From: Lama glama
Taxonomy: Eukaryota
Reading direction: 5' to 3'
Assembly (NCBI GenBank): GCA_028534125.1
Contig: CM052820.1
Span: 44,640,001 to 44,704,000, forward strand
DNA: 64,000 nucleotides
The notes below the pieces were generated by a model. The model was not told the DNA's origin, did not search any database, and worked only from the letters and a program-made list of their open reading frames with translations. This document shows positions 24,401 through 39,400 of this stretch, one piece after another. How positions within the stretch are numbered: the stretch's first letter is position 1; every line of letters starts with the position of its first letter. The position numbers and the translations under genes were made by a program.

Positions 24401-27400
24401 GAGAACTGTACAATTTCTTGGGAAAACCCACTAGATAATGGTGGCTCAGAAATAACAAATTTCATAGTGGAGTATCGCAAGCCAAACCAGAGAGGCTGGT
24501 CAATTGTTGCTTCAGATGTCACTAAGCGATTAATCAAGGCCAACCTTTTAGCCAACAATGAATACTACTTCCGAGTTTGTGCAGAGAATAAAGTAGGTGT
24601 TGGGCCAACCATTGAAACAAAAACTCCAATTCTGGCTATTAACCCTATTGATAGACCAGGTGAGCCTGAAAACCTTCATATTGCAGATAAAGGAAAGACA
24701 TTTGTCTATCTGAAGTGGAGGCGGCCTGACTATGACGGTGGTAGCCCAAATCTGTCATACCACGTTGAAAGGAGGCTGAAGGGCTCTGCTGACTGGGAAA
24801 GAGTGCATAAAGGAAGCATTAAAGATACCCACTACATGGTTGACAAATGTGTTGAAAACCAGATTTATGAGTTCAGAGTGCAAACGAAGAATGAAGGTGG
24901 AGAAAGTGACTGGGTAAAGACAGAGGAAGTTGTTGTGAAGGAAGACTTACAGAAACCGGTACTTGATCTGAAATTAAGTGGTGTGCTAACTGTCAAAGCA
25001 GGCGACACCATTCGACTTGAGGCAGGTGTTAGAGGCAAACCATTTCCTGAAGTTTTATGGACCAAGGACAGAGATGCTACAGACTTAACAAGATCACCAA
25101 GGGTCAAAATTGAGACCAGTGCTGACTCATCTAAATTTTCTCTCACTAAAGCAAAGCGAAGTGATGGTGGTAAATATGTAATTACAGCAACAAACACAGC
25201 TGGCAGTTTTGTGGCCTATGCCACTGTCAATGTTTTAGATAAGCCTGGTCCTGTGAGAAACCTGAAAATTGTTGATGTGTCCAGCGACAGGTGTAGTCTT
25301 CACTGGGATCCACCAGAGGATGACGGTGGCTGTGAAATCCAAAATTATATTGTAGAAAAATGTGAGAGCAAGCGAATGGTTTGGTCTACCTTTTCCTCTA
25401 CTATCTTAACACCTGGTGCTACAGTAACTCGTCTCATAGAAGGAAATGAATATATCTTCAGAGTCCGTGCAGAAAATAAAATAGGCACAGGGCCTCCAAC
25501 AGAAACTAAACCAGTCATTGCAAAAACCAAGTATGACAGACCTGGACGCCCTGATCCCCCTGAAGTCACTAAAGTAAGCAAAGAAGAGATGACTGTGGTT
25601 TGGACTCCACCTGAATATGATGGTGGAAAGTCTATCACAGGATACTTTTTGGAGAAAAAGGAAAAACATTCAACACGATGGGTCCCTGTCAACAAGAGTG
25701 CGATCCCTGAGAGACGTTTGAAAGTACAGAATCTCCTCCCAGGACATGAATATCAGTTCCGTGTCAAGGCAGAAAATGAAATTGGAATTGGAGAACCAAG
25801 CTTGCCCTCAAGACCAGTGGTGGCAAAAGACCCCATAGGTATAATGTTCTTGCTTTTTCTGGTATTACACCAACCCTTAAACTTAAGCACAGAGGTATTA
25901 GACAAATAAGTTAAATCCACAACATCAAAACTTTATGTTAGCCAATATTTTCCCAAACAGATCTTTTACCAAATCGCCTAAAATGTACAAACAATAGTAG
26001 ATTCTAATTTTATGAAGGAAAATAAGGAGGACTCAGTACTTGAGAAATTGAATGTACTATCTGATTAATTAAGGATAGACTATAGAAAATTACACATTAA
26101 AATATCACTAATAGTAGTTAACCACATGTAAATTTATTCTTACACAATTTACTTTCAGAACCACCTGGTCCACCAACCAACCTCAAAGTGGTTGATACAA
26201 CCAAAAGTTCCATAACTCTTGGGTGGGGAAAACCAGTGTATGATGGTGGTGCACCGATAATTGGATATGTTGTGGAAATGAGACCGAAAATAGCAGATGC
26301 ATCACCTGATGAAGGCTGGAAAAGGTGCAATGCCGCAGCACAACTTGTTCGCATGGAATTCACTGTCACCAGCTTGGATGAAAACCAGGAATATGAGTTC
26401 AGGGTGTGTGCCCAAAACCAGGTTGGCATTGGGCGCCCTGCAGAACTAAAGGATGCTATTAAACCTAAAGAGATCCTAGGTGAGAACCTATTTTATCACT
26501 TGATTGACTCGTGTTTCACTTTTCACATGATTTCCCCACATTCCAAAGTCAACTAATGGCTTTTGTGTTATTTGCAGAACCTCCGGAGATTGATCTGGAT
26601 GCCAGCATGAGAAAACTGGTCACGGTGAGGGCAGGATGCCCCATTCGACTATTTGCCATCGTGAGAGGGCGACCAGCCCCTAAGGTCACTTGGCGAAAAG
26701 TGGGTATTGATAACGTGGTCAGAAAGGGACAAGTCGATCTGGTTGACACTATGGCCTTCCTCGTCATCCCCAATTCTACCCGAGATGACTCGGGAAAATA
26801 CTCCCTGACGCTTGTGAACCCAGCAGGGGAAAAGGCTGTGTTCGTGAATGTCAGAGTATTAGGTGGGTTAACAAGCTTCTTCCTTCCCTTCAAAAACACC
26901 TTAGTTAATAATTAATAAGGAGGCTGCAGAGACTAGTGAGTCTGATTTTGTGGTTCTTTACAGATACTCCCGGACCTGTGTCTGATTTAAAAGTTTCAGA
27001 TGTCACTAAAACATCATGCCACGTGTCCTGGGTCCCTCCTGAGAACGACGGTGGGAGCCAAGTGACGCATTATATTGTGGAGAAACGTGAGGCAGACAGA
27101 AAGACATGGGCGACAGTCACACCAGAAGTTAAGAAAACGAGCTTCCACGTCACCAATCTTGTCCCTGGGAATGAGTATTTCTTCCGAGTCACTGCTGTCA
27201 ATGAGTATGGCCCCGGTGTCCCAGCCGACGTCCCCAAACCAGTGCTCGCCTCAGATCCTCTAAGTAAGTTATATCCTTTCTTCCTCCTTTTAACTCTAGT
27301 CCTCGACTTCAGCAAAATCAAGATACTGAACATTTTAATCCACTACTGAAAGGGCCTTAACTTATAGAAACATGAACAGTACAAATAAATATCTAACTCA

Positions 27401-30400
27401 CTCACTGAAGACTTTTTCGATCTGCCTCATCAGGTACCTTTTTTTTTTTTTTCCTAATGGAGGTACTGGGGATTGAACTCAGGACCTCATGAATACTAAG
27501 CACATGCTTCTACCACTAAGCTCTACCCTCCCCTCTTCATTGTGTACTTTTTATGTTCAACATACCGAGCGAAAGTATGTAGTTCCCATATACCTTGAAG
27601 CAAATGGCATACTACAGCATTTCTGTATATTTACAAAGGGATTGGATTCGGTTACCTGGATAGTTTTATCTTAATCACTTTTTTCTTCTAGGTGAGCCGG
27701 ATCCCCCAAGGAAACTAGAAGTTACTGAAATGACCAAAAACAGTGCTGCATTAGCCTGGTTACCTCCCCTGCGCGACGGAGGTGCTAAAATCGACGGCTA
27801 CATCATTAGTTACAGAGAAGAAGAGCAGCCTGCAGACCGCTGGACAGAGTACTCGGTGGTGAAAGATCTCAGCCTTGTTGTCACTGGGCTAAAGGAAGGA
27901 AAGAAATACAAATTTAGAGTAGTGGCCAGAAATGCTGTCGGCCTCAGTCTGCCAAGAGAAGCTGAAGGAGTCTACGAAGCCAAAGAACAGCTGTGTAAGT
28001 AGTCACTGAGTCATTTTTAATCATGGGATGAAAGTTTCCGAGAAATTTTCTTTTGACATGTAGACATTTCTCCCTGAGGAATCTTATTCCCAGAAATACT
28101 TGAAATATAGTAACGATCTGGGGTTTTGAAACATTTGGGCCCATGAAATGTAGTAAATACATTTCAAATCATGACACAGTACACACCTATATTATGTAAC
28201 TCAAAGAAGTTTCATGAAGCAACACCCATCTGGATTACGTATGCTGGACTCTGATATTTTCCATTTGTTTCAATCTCATTCTTTTTGAAAAATATTGGCA
28301 GAAATGCAGACATTAATTTGAACCCACTAATGGGTTGCAAACAGCAATCTGAAAAACACTAGTATAGTTCCCCACCAGAAGAAATTTAACCTCCCCACAA
28401 AATTAACATTATTTTCCTTTCACTTTTAGTGCCACCAAAGATCCTCATGCCAGAGCAAATTACTATTAAAGCCGGGAAGAAACTCCGAATTGAAGCCCAT
28501 GTGTATGGAAAGCCTTATCCGATCTGTAAATGGAAGAAAGGAGAGGATGAAGTTGTCACATCCAGCCACCTGGCAGTGCATAAAGCAGACAATTCTTCAG
28601 TTCTGATCATAAAAGATGTTACTCGGAAAGACAGCGGTTACTACAGCCTCACTGCAGAGAACAGTTCTGGGACAGACACTCAGAAGATCAAAGTTATCGT
28701 CATGGGTAGGTTAAGCGTTAGACAAATGGCCATCTAAATACGCAGATCAGAAACATGTTTTCCCATCAAACCCCTGTTCTTATGTTTCTTTCCCCTGGGT
28801 TCCCACAGATGCTCCGGGGCCCCCCCAGCCTCCATTCGACATTTCTGACATAGATGCTGACGCTTGCTCCCTGTCATGGCACATCCCTCTTGAGGATGGA
28901 GGCAGTAACATCACCAACTACATAGTGGAGAAATGTGACGTAAGCCGAGGGGACTGGGTGACTGCGCTAGCTTCAGTGACAAAAACTTCCTGCAGAGTTG
29001 GAAAACTGATCCCTGGCCAAGAGTACGTCTTCCGGGTCCGTGCTGAGAATCGATTTGGCATTTCAGAGCCTCTCACATCTCCAAAGATGCTGGCTAAGTT
29101 CCCATTTGGTATGTTTCTTTCAGGGAAAGAAAAATTATATCTTATTTCTAGTCTGTTACTAAGACTAGAAACTGACATTTCCCTTATCTTCATCTCCAGA
29201 TGTTCCCAGTGAGCCAAAGAATGCTCGAGTCACCAAAGTCAACAAAGACTGCATATTTGTGGCATGGGACAGGCCAGACAGTGATGGAGGGAGCCCTATT
29301 ACCGGTTACCTGATTGAACGCAAAGAGAGGAACAGTTTGCTCTGGGTGAAAGCTAACGACACTCCTGTCCGGTCAACTGAATACCCCTGTGCTGGCTTGG
29401 TAGAAGGCCTTGAGTATTCATTCAGAATCTATGCCCTAAACAAAGCTGGATCCAGCCCACCCAGCAAACCCACTGAATATGTAACTGCAAGAATGCCAGT
29501 TGGTGAGTAATTTTCTTGGGGGGGTATTATGAGGACACATTTCAATCTTGGGAATCTCTAAAGGTTACTACTTCTATTCAGGAATGTGTTCTGGGCAGTA
29601 CTGTGAAATACATAAGGTTAAGATAAATGCTGAGAATCTCTCTTCTGGTTTCAGATCCTCCTGGAAAGCCTGAAGTTATTGATGTTACCAAGAGTACTGT
29701 ATCCCTCATCTGGGCTCGTCCAAAGCATGATGGAGGCAGTAAAATTGTTGGCTATTTCGTAGAAGCTTGCAAACTTCCTGGTGATAAGTGGGTACGGTGC
29801 AATACTTCCCCTCACCAGATTCCCCAGGAAGAGTACACAGCTACTGGCTTAGAAGAGAACGCTCAGTATCAATTTAGAGCAATTGCCAAGACTGCAGTAA
29901 ACATCAGCCAGCCTTCTGAACCTTCGGATCCAGTGACCATCGTTGCAGAAAGTGGTAAGATTCTGTTGAACATTATAGGCAAGGTAGATAGGAGAAATAT
30001 ACATCATGAGTGCTAATAAAAAAATAAATCTACGTCTATGGAAAAAAGGACAAGTAAAAGGATAGGTACTTTATATACAGACACTAAAAATTATGATTAT
30101 GGAGAATCTTAACATGTTAAACTAAAAAGCAGTATACAAATCTGTGAGGACCGTCTAATTTTAACCATACACATGCACAGAAAGATGACAAAGAAATGCA
30201 CGAGAATGATAAGAGTGAAGCTTTAAGGATGTTGAAGTGACAGGTGCTGTTTACTTTTTTCTTTATACTTTCAGCATTATCTGATTTCTACATTAAACCT
30301 GTATTTCTTTTGTAATGGATATGTTACTCAAAAAAAAAATCCCATCTTGAAAATGACAGAGCACGTGAATTTCCTACTTTTATTAACAAGAATTATACAA

Positions 30401-33400
30401 TACAGCTTTGCATATATTAAATCCTTTTCTCTTCCTTCTTTCCAGTTCCTCCCAGGATAGACCTGAGTGTGGCTATGAAATCTTTGCTTACTGTGAAAGC
30501 TGGCACTAATGTTTGCCTGGATGCCACTGTTTTTGGTAAACCAATGCCCACAGTCTCTTGGAAGAAGGATGGCACGCCGCTGAAACCATCAGAAGGCATC
30601 AAGATGGCCATGAAGCGGAATCTGTGCACCCTGGAGCTGTTCAGCGTGAACCGAAAAGACTCAGGGGACTATACCATCACTGCTGAAAACGCAAGTGGCT
30701 CCAAATCGGCCACCATTAAGCTTAAAGTGTTAGGTAACTAAAGCATTCAATGAGAATCTCATGTTTCACTCTGGGTTAATGTGATGTAAGAGAATTTACA
30801 AAACAGTATGTGAGAAAAGATTACAAAAGATACGTTAAGATAGGTAATCACGGAATTATCCTCATCACAGAACAACAGCGTTTTACGGCTAAAAAGACCA
30901 TTAGAGATCACATATTCTAGGGCATAATTTTACACATGAGGAAATCAAGATTTGGAAAAATTAAGTAACTTCCAACGTTGTATAGGAGGTTAATGACAAT
31001 CTAAGGACGGCAGCCCAGGTCTCTAGACCACCACTCTACACTTTCCCCATTTCATGTGTGTTAGTGAAAGACTTGACTTTCCTTTCTTATCCTTTCAGAT
31101 AAACCAGGTCCTCCAGCATCCGTAAAAATCAACAAAATGTATTCAGATCGTGCAATGCTTTCTTGGGAACCTCCTCTTGAAGATGGAGGCTCAGAAATCA
31201 CCAACTATATTGTTGACAAACGTGAAACGAGCAGACCCAACTGGGCACAAGTGTCTGCTACTGTACCCATCACCAGCTGCAGCGTGGAGAAGCTGATAGA
31301 GGGCCATGAGTATCAGTTCCGGATTTGTGCTGAAAATAAGTACGGAGTGGGCGATCCGATCATAACTGAACCAGCAATTGCTAAAAACCCATACGGTAGG
31401 AACGTTTTGCTATGGTTTTTCATTTCACTTTTTGGATATTACCTTTTAGCCTGGGATAGTAACAGTTCAATCAATCTCTGCAGACCCACCTGGACGCTGT
31501 GATCCTCCTGTTATTAGCAACATAACCAAAGATCACATGACAGTAAGCTGGAAACCACCAGCAGATGATGGCGGCTCACCCATCACTGGCTATTTGCTTG
31601 AGAAGCGGGAAACCCAGGCAGTTAACTGGACCAAGGTCAACAGAAAACCCGTTATAGAAAGAACGATAAAAGCAACAGGTCTCCAAGAAGGCACTGAATA
31701 CGAGTTCCAAGTTACAGCTATAAATAAGGCTGGACCAGGCAAACCCAGTGATGCATCCAAAGCTGCGTATGCCCAAGACCCTCTGTGTAAGTTTTCATGA
31801 AAGAATCCCATATCCTGTATTATCATCAGCACTGAACCATCAGGAATGAGATTTTAATGAAAATTTCCTATTATTATGTATCCTCAGATCCTCCGGGCCC
31901 ACCAGCTTTCCCCAAAGTATATGATACAACCCGCAGCTCCGTGAGTCTATCTTGGGGCAAGCCAGCCTATGACGGTGGTAGTCCTATCATTGGCTACCTT
32001 GTTGAAGTAAAACGAGCTGACTCGGATAACTGGGTGAGGTGCAATTTACCACAGAAGTTACAGAAAACCCGCTTTGAGGTCACTGGCCTAATGGAAAACA
32101 CAGAGTATCAGTTCCGCGTGTATGCCGTTAATAAGATTGGCTACAGTGACCCCAGTGATGTGCCTGATAAACACTGTCCCAAGGACATCTTAAGTAAGTA
32201 TTACTGGGAGAAATGTACAGAGCTTTCCCATCAGTCATCTTCTAAGAGGGAGTAGAGAACTCCCTTACGCAGATTTACAACCCTTACAAGTGTTAGGGCT
32301 GGTAACTCTACAGGCGCATTTTAGGAGAGCTGTGTTGGTACTTTATTGTGTAACAAGCCAAACGGAAAGCAAGGTGATCTGTGGCTTTGAAATGCTTTTC
32401 TTACCTGAGAATTTCCTGTCTTCAAAAGAATGTGGAATATAGGAATTTCAGTCTGAGAACAAAAAGATTTTTTTAACTAGGTGGTGAGCTACTTATTCTT
32501 AGGTTTTTATTTTTTCTTCTAATCCACCCCTGTCCGTACGTATGTAATTGGTAGTGCTCCATCTTAATTTCCTTTCTCACCGTTTCTTCTAGTCACTTAT
32601 TCTCCCTAACCATTTCTCCTTTTACTCTGAATTACTTGGTATTACACTTCACCCTCTCTGTACTTTCCTTCCTACAATGAAATAAAGAAAGTCAGAGTAC
32701 GTAATAGAGTGCCTTCACTGGAATAAATCCAAGAACCAATCATCTACTTTTAATATACAGATAATTTAAGAGGATGTAAGGTTCATGAGAAAAGGAGATG
32801 CAGATCCTCCAAGGAAAACTCAGTTCATCCTATAGAATATTGGAAAGTAGAAAGGTCGATAATTGCTATAGAGTAATGAAATAGTTGGCCAAAGTTTTAA
32901 AGATTACATTAAGGATTTTTTAAAGAAGTGGACATCAGTTTTGGAAGAGAAACCTATTTTAGGAGTGATCAGGCCAGTCCTTGGAAATACATTTGACCAT
33001 TAAATTATTACTTTAACTTTCTTCACTCCAAAATTAAACAGTTCCACCAGAGGGAGAACTTGATGCTGATTTGAGGAAAACACTCATATTACGTGCTGGA
33101 GTTACAATGAGACTGTACGTACCAGTAAAAGGACGTCCACCTCCCAAGATAACTTGGTCTAAACCAAACGTCAATCTAAGAGAAAGGATTGGACTGGACA
33201 TCAAGTCAACTGACTTTGACACTTTCTTGCGCTGTGAAAACGTGAACAAGTATGACGCAGGAAAATACATCTTGACTCTGGAGAACAGCTGTGGTAAAAA
33301 GGAATATACCATTGTAGTGAAAGTGCTTGGTAAGTCTACTTGGAAAAACAATCATATGTATGTTAAAAAGACAGTGTATTTATTTTTTACGTATTCATTT

Positions 33401-36400
33401 CTTATTTACCCACTATTTATCCAGATACTCCTGGGCCACCTGTCAATGTGACTGTCAAGGAAATATCCAAAGATTCTGCTTATGTTACCTGGGATCCTCC
33501 CATTATCGATGGCGGAAGCCCCATCATAAACTACGTGGTAGAAAAACGTGACGCAGAGAGGAAGTCCTGGTCTACCGTGACAACGGAGTGCTCAAAAACA
33601 AGCTTCAGAGTCTCGAACTTGGAGGAGGGAAAATCCTACTTCTTCAGGGTGTTTGCTGAAAACGAGTACGGCATTGGTGATCCTGGTGAAACGCGTGATG
33701 CCGTCAAAGCTTCCGGTGAGCAAGCGAGCTACCACCCCTTCATTTTGAGTGACATTTACCTTGGTTATCGGGGGCTCGGACTTATCATTTCTCCTTTGCT
33801 TTAGAAACCCCTGGACCAGTTGTGGATCTGAAAGTGACTTCTCTCACGAAGTCATCTTGTAGCATAGCCTGGAAAAAGCCTCGCAGTGATGGTGGAAGTC
33901 GAATTATCGGATATGTAGTCGATTTCCTGACTGAAGAAAATAAGTGGCAACGAGTTATGAAATCATTAAGCTTACAGTACTCCACAAAAGAGTTGACTGA
34001 AGGGAAGGAATATACCTTCAGAGTGAGTGCTGAGAATGAAAATGGAGAAGGGACCCCAAGTGAAATCAGCGTTGTGGCAAAGGATGATGTTGGTAAGCCT
34101 TAAGCCATCATCTTCATCTTCCTTTTGTCATCAAAAGTACATTCTTGAGCCCTACTCACTGGCTTATATAAAAATCCTTTAAAAACTGTAATGATCTGAA
34201 AAAATTAATTGCCTGGCATTAAAAATAACTGTAACTTATAACTCTGTTTAACAGTGGCTCCTGACCTTGACTTGAAGGATCTACCTGATTTGTGCTATGT
34301 GGCAAAAGAAAACAGCAACTTCCGTCTTAAGATCCCCATAAAAGGCAAGCCAGCACCATCTGTGTCCTGGAAGAAAGGGGAAGACCCTCTAGCAACTGAC
34401 ACAAGAGTCAGTGTTGAGTCATCTGCAGTTAACACAACTCTTGTANNNNNNNNNNNNNNNNNNNNNNNNNNNNNNNNNNNNNNNNNNNNNNNNNNNNNNN
34501 NNNNNNNNNNNNNNNNNNNNNNNNNNNNNNNNNNNNNNNNNNNNNNNNNNNNNNNNNNNNNNNNNNNNNNNNNNNNNNNNNNNNNNNNNNNNNAAGCCAT
34601 CACCTTGAAGTGGGGTCCTCCAAAGGACGACGGAGGTTCTGAAATCACCAACTATATCCTAGAGAAGAGAGATTCTGTAAACAATAAGTGGGTGACATGT
34701 GCCTCAGCTGTCCAGAAGACCACCTTCAGAGTAATGAGACTTCACGAGGGTATGGAATACACCTTCAGGGTCAGTGCGGAAAATAAATACGGTGTAGGAG
34801 AGGGCCTGAAATCGGAGCCAATTGTTGCTAAACATCCATTTGGTAAGTGTCTCAAGGTCAGAAAAACATGAAGCCAAACATGGTTTTGGCTTATTTATAA
34901 TATGTTCCCTATTGTAAATCTTGCATTACCTACCTTTTCCTAGATGTGCCCGATGCTCCCCCACCTCCCAATATTGTGGATGTCAGACATGATTCCGTAT
35001 CTCTAACTTGGACTGACCCCAGGAAAACTGGTGGCTCTCCAATTACAGGTATTTAGTTTGTGCTTATCTTATAGCATGTACATTAATATTTTTTCCAAAT
35101 CTTCCTCCCTGAAAACAAGTTGAATGTGTGCTCCTTATTTATAGCACTATCTGCACATACAAAAATGTATTTTCCTTTTGGTACATTATGCATTTGGTAC
35201 ATTAAGCTAATGCTTAATTTCAATGAAAACCTCCTAATATAATAGTAATGGCTTTCTTAATAATACCTATTTTTGTAAGTTAAAATTTTCCCACAGAAGG
35301 TACAATATGTATATTCCAAGAGAAAAAAAATGGCCCTATGACTAGATAATAAAAGTTTAGATTCTAGTAAGAATGATTATTTATTCCGTATGTCCATATA
35401 TAAGTTACTTAGGCAAAAACATACATATGTTTGTGTGTGTATATATATATTTAAAAATCAGGCTATATTTGTAGTTTCTATGTGAATTGACACATCACTG
35501 GGTCTTTTGTAGGGTATCATATCGAATTCAAGGAAAGAAACAGCCTTTTGTGGAAAAGAGCTAACAAGACTCCTATTAGGATGAAAGACTTCAAAGTGAC
35601 AGGTCTAACTGAAGGTCTAGAATATGAATTCCGAGTCATGGCAATCAATTTAGCAGGAGTAGGCAAGCCAAGCCTGCCATCAGAGCCAGTTGTGGCACTT
35701 GATCCAATTGGTGAGTCATTATACCAAGAAAAACCCAGGTGTATTTTCTTCATAAAGAAAACATTGGTTTGTGTTTGACTGTTTTTTGTGTGTCTCTCTC
35801 TCTCTTTTTTTTTTTTTTTGCTTTATTTTAGATCCTCCTGGCAAACCTGAGGTTATTAATGTAACAAGGAATTCAGTGACTCTCATTTGGACTGAACCCA
35901 AATATGATGGTGGTCATAAGTTGACTGGATACATAGTGGAGAAGCGAGATCTTCCCTCTAAGACTTGGATGAAAGCCAACCATGTTAATGTCCCAGACTG
36001 TGCCTTTACTGTAACTGACCTTGTCGAGGGTGGAAAATATGAATTCAGAATTAGAGCAAAGAATACAGCAGGGGCTATCAGTGCTCCATCAGAAAGTACA
36101 GGAACCATCATTTGCAAGGATGAATACGGTAAGTCTATTTACTTTTTATGCACATTAAAAAAAATAGCAAAGTAAGCCTCCTTCCTTTTCTGATTAAGTT
36201 ATTTTTTTCTTTGCAGAGGCACCAACCATTGTCCTTGATCCCACAATAAAAGATGGGCTAACAGTTAAAGCAGGAGACACTATTGTTTTGAGTGCCATCA
36301 GCATTCTTGGCAAGCCCCTTCCAAAGTCAACTTGGTCCAAGGCAGGAAAAGACATAAGACCATCAGATATTGTTCAGGTATCTTCGACTCCAACATCTTC

Positions 36401-39400
36401 CATGCTCGCTATCAAGTATGCCACTAGAAAAGATGCTGGTGAATATACCATCACTGCTACCAATCCTTTTGGCACAAAGGGGGAACATGTGAAGGTGACC
36501 GTCCTCGATGTACCTGGTCCCCCAGGTCCCATCGAAATCAGTAATGTTTCTGCTGAGAAAGCAACACTTACATGGACACCTCCCTTGGAAGATGGTGGCT
36601 CACCCATTAAGTCCTACATTCTTGAAAAGAGAGAAACCAGCCGACTTTTGTGGACAGTGGTTGCTGAAGATATTCAGTCTTGCAGGCATGTGGCAACCAA
36701 ACTTATCCAAGGAAATGAGTACCTCTTCCGAGTCTCAGCTGTAAACCAGTATGGCAAAGGAGAACCTGTAGAGTCTGAACCTGTCAAGATGGTAGACAGA
36801 TTTGGTATGTAGAGCATGCAAGGGAACCGACATGTAAACATTTGCAGCAGAGTTGAGAAAATCGTAGATTTCTCATAAATTTGCTTCCTTTTCAGGTCCC
36901 CCTGGCCCTCCTGGAAAACCAGATGTGTCAAACGTCACTAAAAATACTGCCACTATCAACTGGAAAAGACCAGTTGATGATGGTGGCAGTGAGATCACAG
37001 GATACCATGTAGAAAGGAGAGAGAAGAAAGGCTTGCGATGGGTGAGAGCAACAAAGACGCCAGTTTCCGATCTCAGATGCAAAGTAACAGGACTGCAAGA
37101 AGGAAACACCTACGAATTCCGTGTCAGTGCAGAGAACAAAGCAGGAATTGGTCCACCTAGTGAGGCTTCAAATCCTGTCCTAATGAAAGATGTGGCATGT
37201 TAGTATTTATCTTTTTCAGCACAGCTCATTTGGGAGTGCCAGTATTTTATATAATTTATACAAAAGCCAAACTCTTCACACATTTGTGTCATTGTGTCTT
37301 TTTCAGACCCCCCAGGACCACCTTCAAATGCACGTGTCACCGATACTACCAAGAAATCTGCTTCGTTGGCTTGGGGCAAGCCTCACTATGATGGTGGACT
37401 TGAAATCACTGGCTATGTCGTAGAGCATCAAAAAGTAGGGGATGATGCCTGGATAAAGGATACAACAGGAACTGCCCTCAGAATCACTCAGTTCGTTGTC
37501 CCTGATCTTCAGACTAAAGAAAAATACAATTTTAGAATCAGTGCCATCAACGATGCAGGTGTTGGGGAGCCAGCAGTGATTCCAGACGTTGAAATTGTAG
37601 AACGGGAAATGGCTCCTGATTTTGAACTAGATGCTGAGCTTCGAAGAACGCTTGTCGTGAGAGCAGGACTCAGTATTAGAATATTCGTGCCAATCAAAGG
37701 TCGTCCTGCTCCTGAAGTGACATGGACCAAAGATGATATCAACCTTAAAAACCGAGCTAACATCGAAAATACAGAATCATTTACTCTCCTGATTATCCCA
37801 GAATGTAACAGGTATGACACCGGTAAATTTGTGATGACCATCGAAAACCCTGCTGGGAAGAAAAGTGGCTTCGTGAACGTCCGAGTCTTGGATACACCAG
37901 GACCCGTCCTTAACCTGAGGCCTACGGACGTCACAAAGGAGAGTGTCACCCTGCACTGGGACCTCCCTCTGATAGACGGGGGCTCGCGTATCACAAACTA
38001 TATTGTGGAGAAACGAGAAGCAACACGGAAATCTTACTCCACGGTCACCACCAAGTGCCACAAGTGCACATATAAAGTTACTGGCTTGTCTGAAGGATGT
38101 GAATACTTTTTCAGAGTCATGGCAGAAAACGAATATGGAATCGGGGAGCCAGCAGAAACCACGGAGCCTGTAAAGGCCTCCGAAGCACCATCACCACCAG
38201 ACAGTCTCAACATTATGGACATAACCAAGAGCACAGTCAGCCTGGCATGGCCTAAACCAAAACACGATGGTGGCAGTAGGATCACTGGCTACGTGATTGA
38301 AGCCCAAAGGAAAGGCTCTGATCAGTGGACCCACATCACAACAGTGAAGGGACTGGAATGTGTGGTGAAGAATCTCACTGAAGGGGAGGAATACACCTTC
38401 CAAGTGATGGCGGTGAACAGTGCAGGGAGAAGTGCCCCCAGAGAGAGCAGGCCTGTCGTCGTCAAGGAGCAGACGATGCTTCCAGCATTGGATCTCCGCG
38501 GCATTTATCAGAAATTAGTCATTGCTAAAGCTGGTGACAACATCAAAGTTGAAATTCCAGTGCTTGGTCGACCAAAGCCCACAGTTACATGGAAAAAAGG
38601 AGACCAGATTCTTAAACAGACCCAGAGAGTTAATTTTGAAAATACAGCAACTTCAACCATCTTAAATATCAACGAGTGTGTAAGAAGTGATAGTGGGCCC
38701 TACCCATTAACAGCAAGGAACATTGTGGGAGAGGTGGGTGACGTCATCACCATTCAAGTCCACGATATCCCAGGGCCACCTACTGGACCAATCAAATTTG
38801 ATGAAGTTTCATCTGATTTTGTCACCTTCTCTTGGGACCCACCTGAGAATGATGGCGGTGTACCAATAAGCAACTACGTAGTAGAAATGCGACAGACTGA
38901 CAGCACCACGTGGGCTGAGCTGGCAACTACCGTTATACGCACCACCTACAAAGCCACTCGCCTTACTACCGGAATGGAATATCAATTCCGGGTAAAAGCT
39001 CAAAACAGATACGGAGTTGGACCAGGCATCACATCAGCATCAGTAGTTGCCAACTATCCGTTTAAGGTTCCTGGGCCTCCTGGTACCCCTCAGGTAACTG
39101 CAGTTTCCAAGGAGGCAATAACAATTAGCTGGCACGAGCCTCTTTCCGATGGTGGAAGCCCCATTTTAGGATATCACATTGAAAGAAAAGAACGAAATGG
39201 CATCCTCTGGCAGACAGTGAGCAAAGCGTTGGTACCAGGCAACATCTTCAAATCAAGTGGACTTACGGACGGTATTGCTTATGAATTCCGAGTGATTGCA
39301 GTAAACATGGCAGGCAAGAGCAAGCCGAGCAAGCCGTCAGAGCCTGCGTTAGCTCTGGATCCCATTGACCCACCTGGGAAACCAGTTCCTCTCAATATTA

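Noticed and set aside
27455-27533. Functional tRNA gene
   Set aside because: A-tail, stem mismatches and flanking repeats indicate a SINE.
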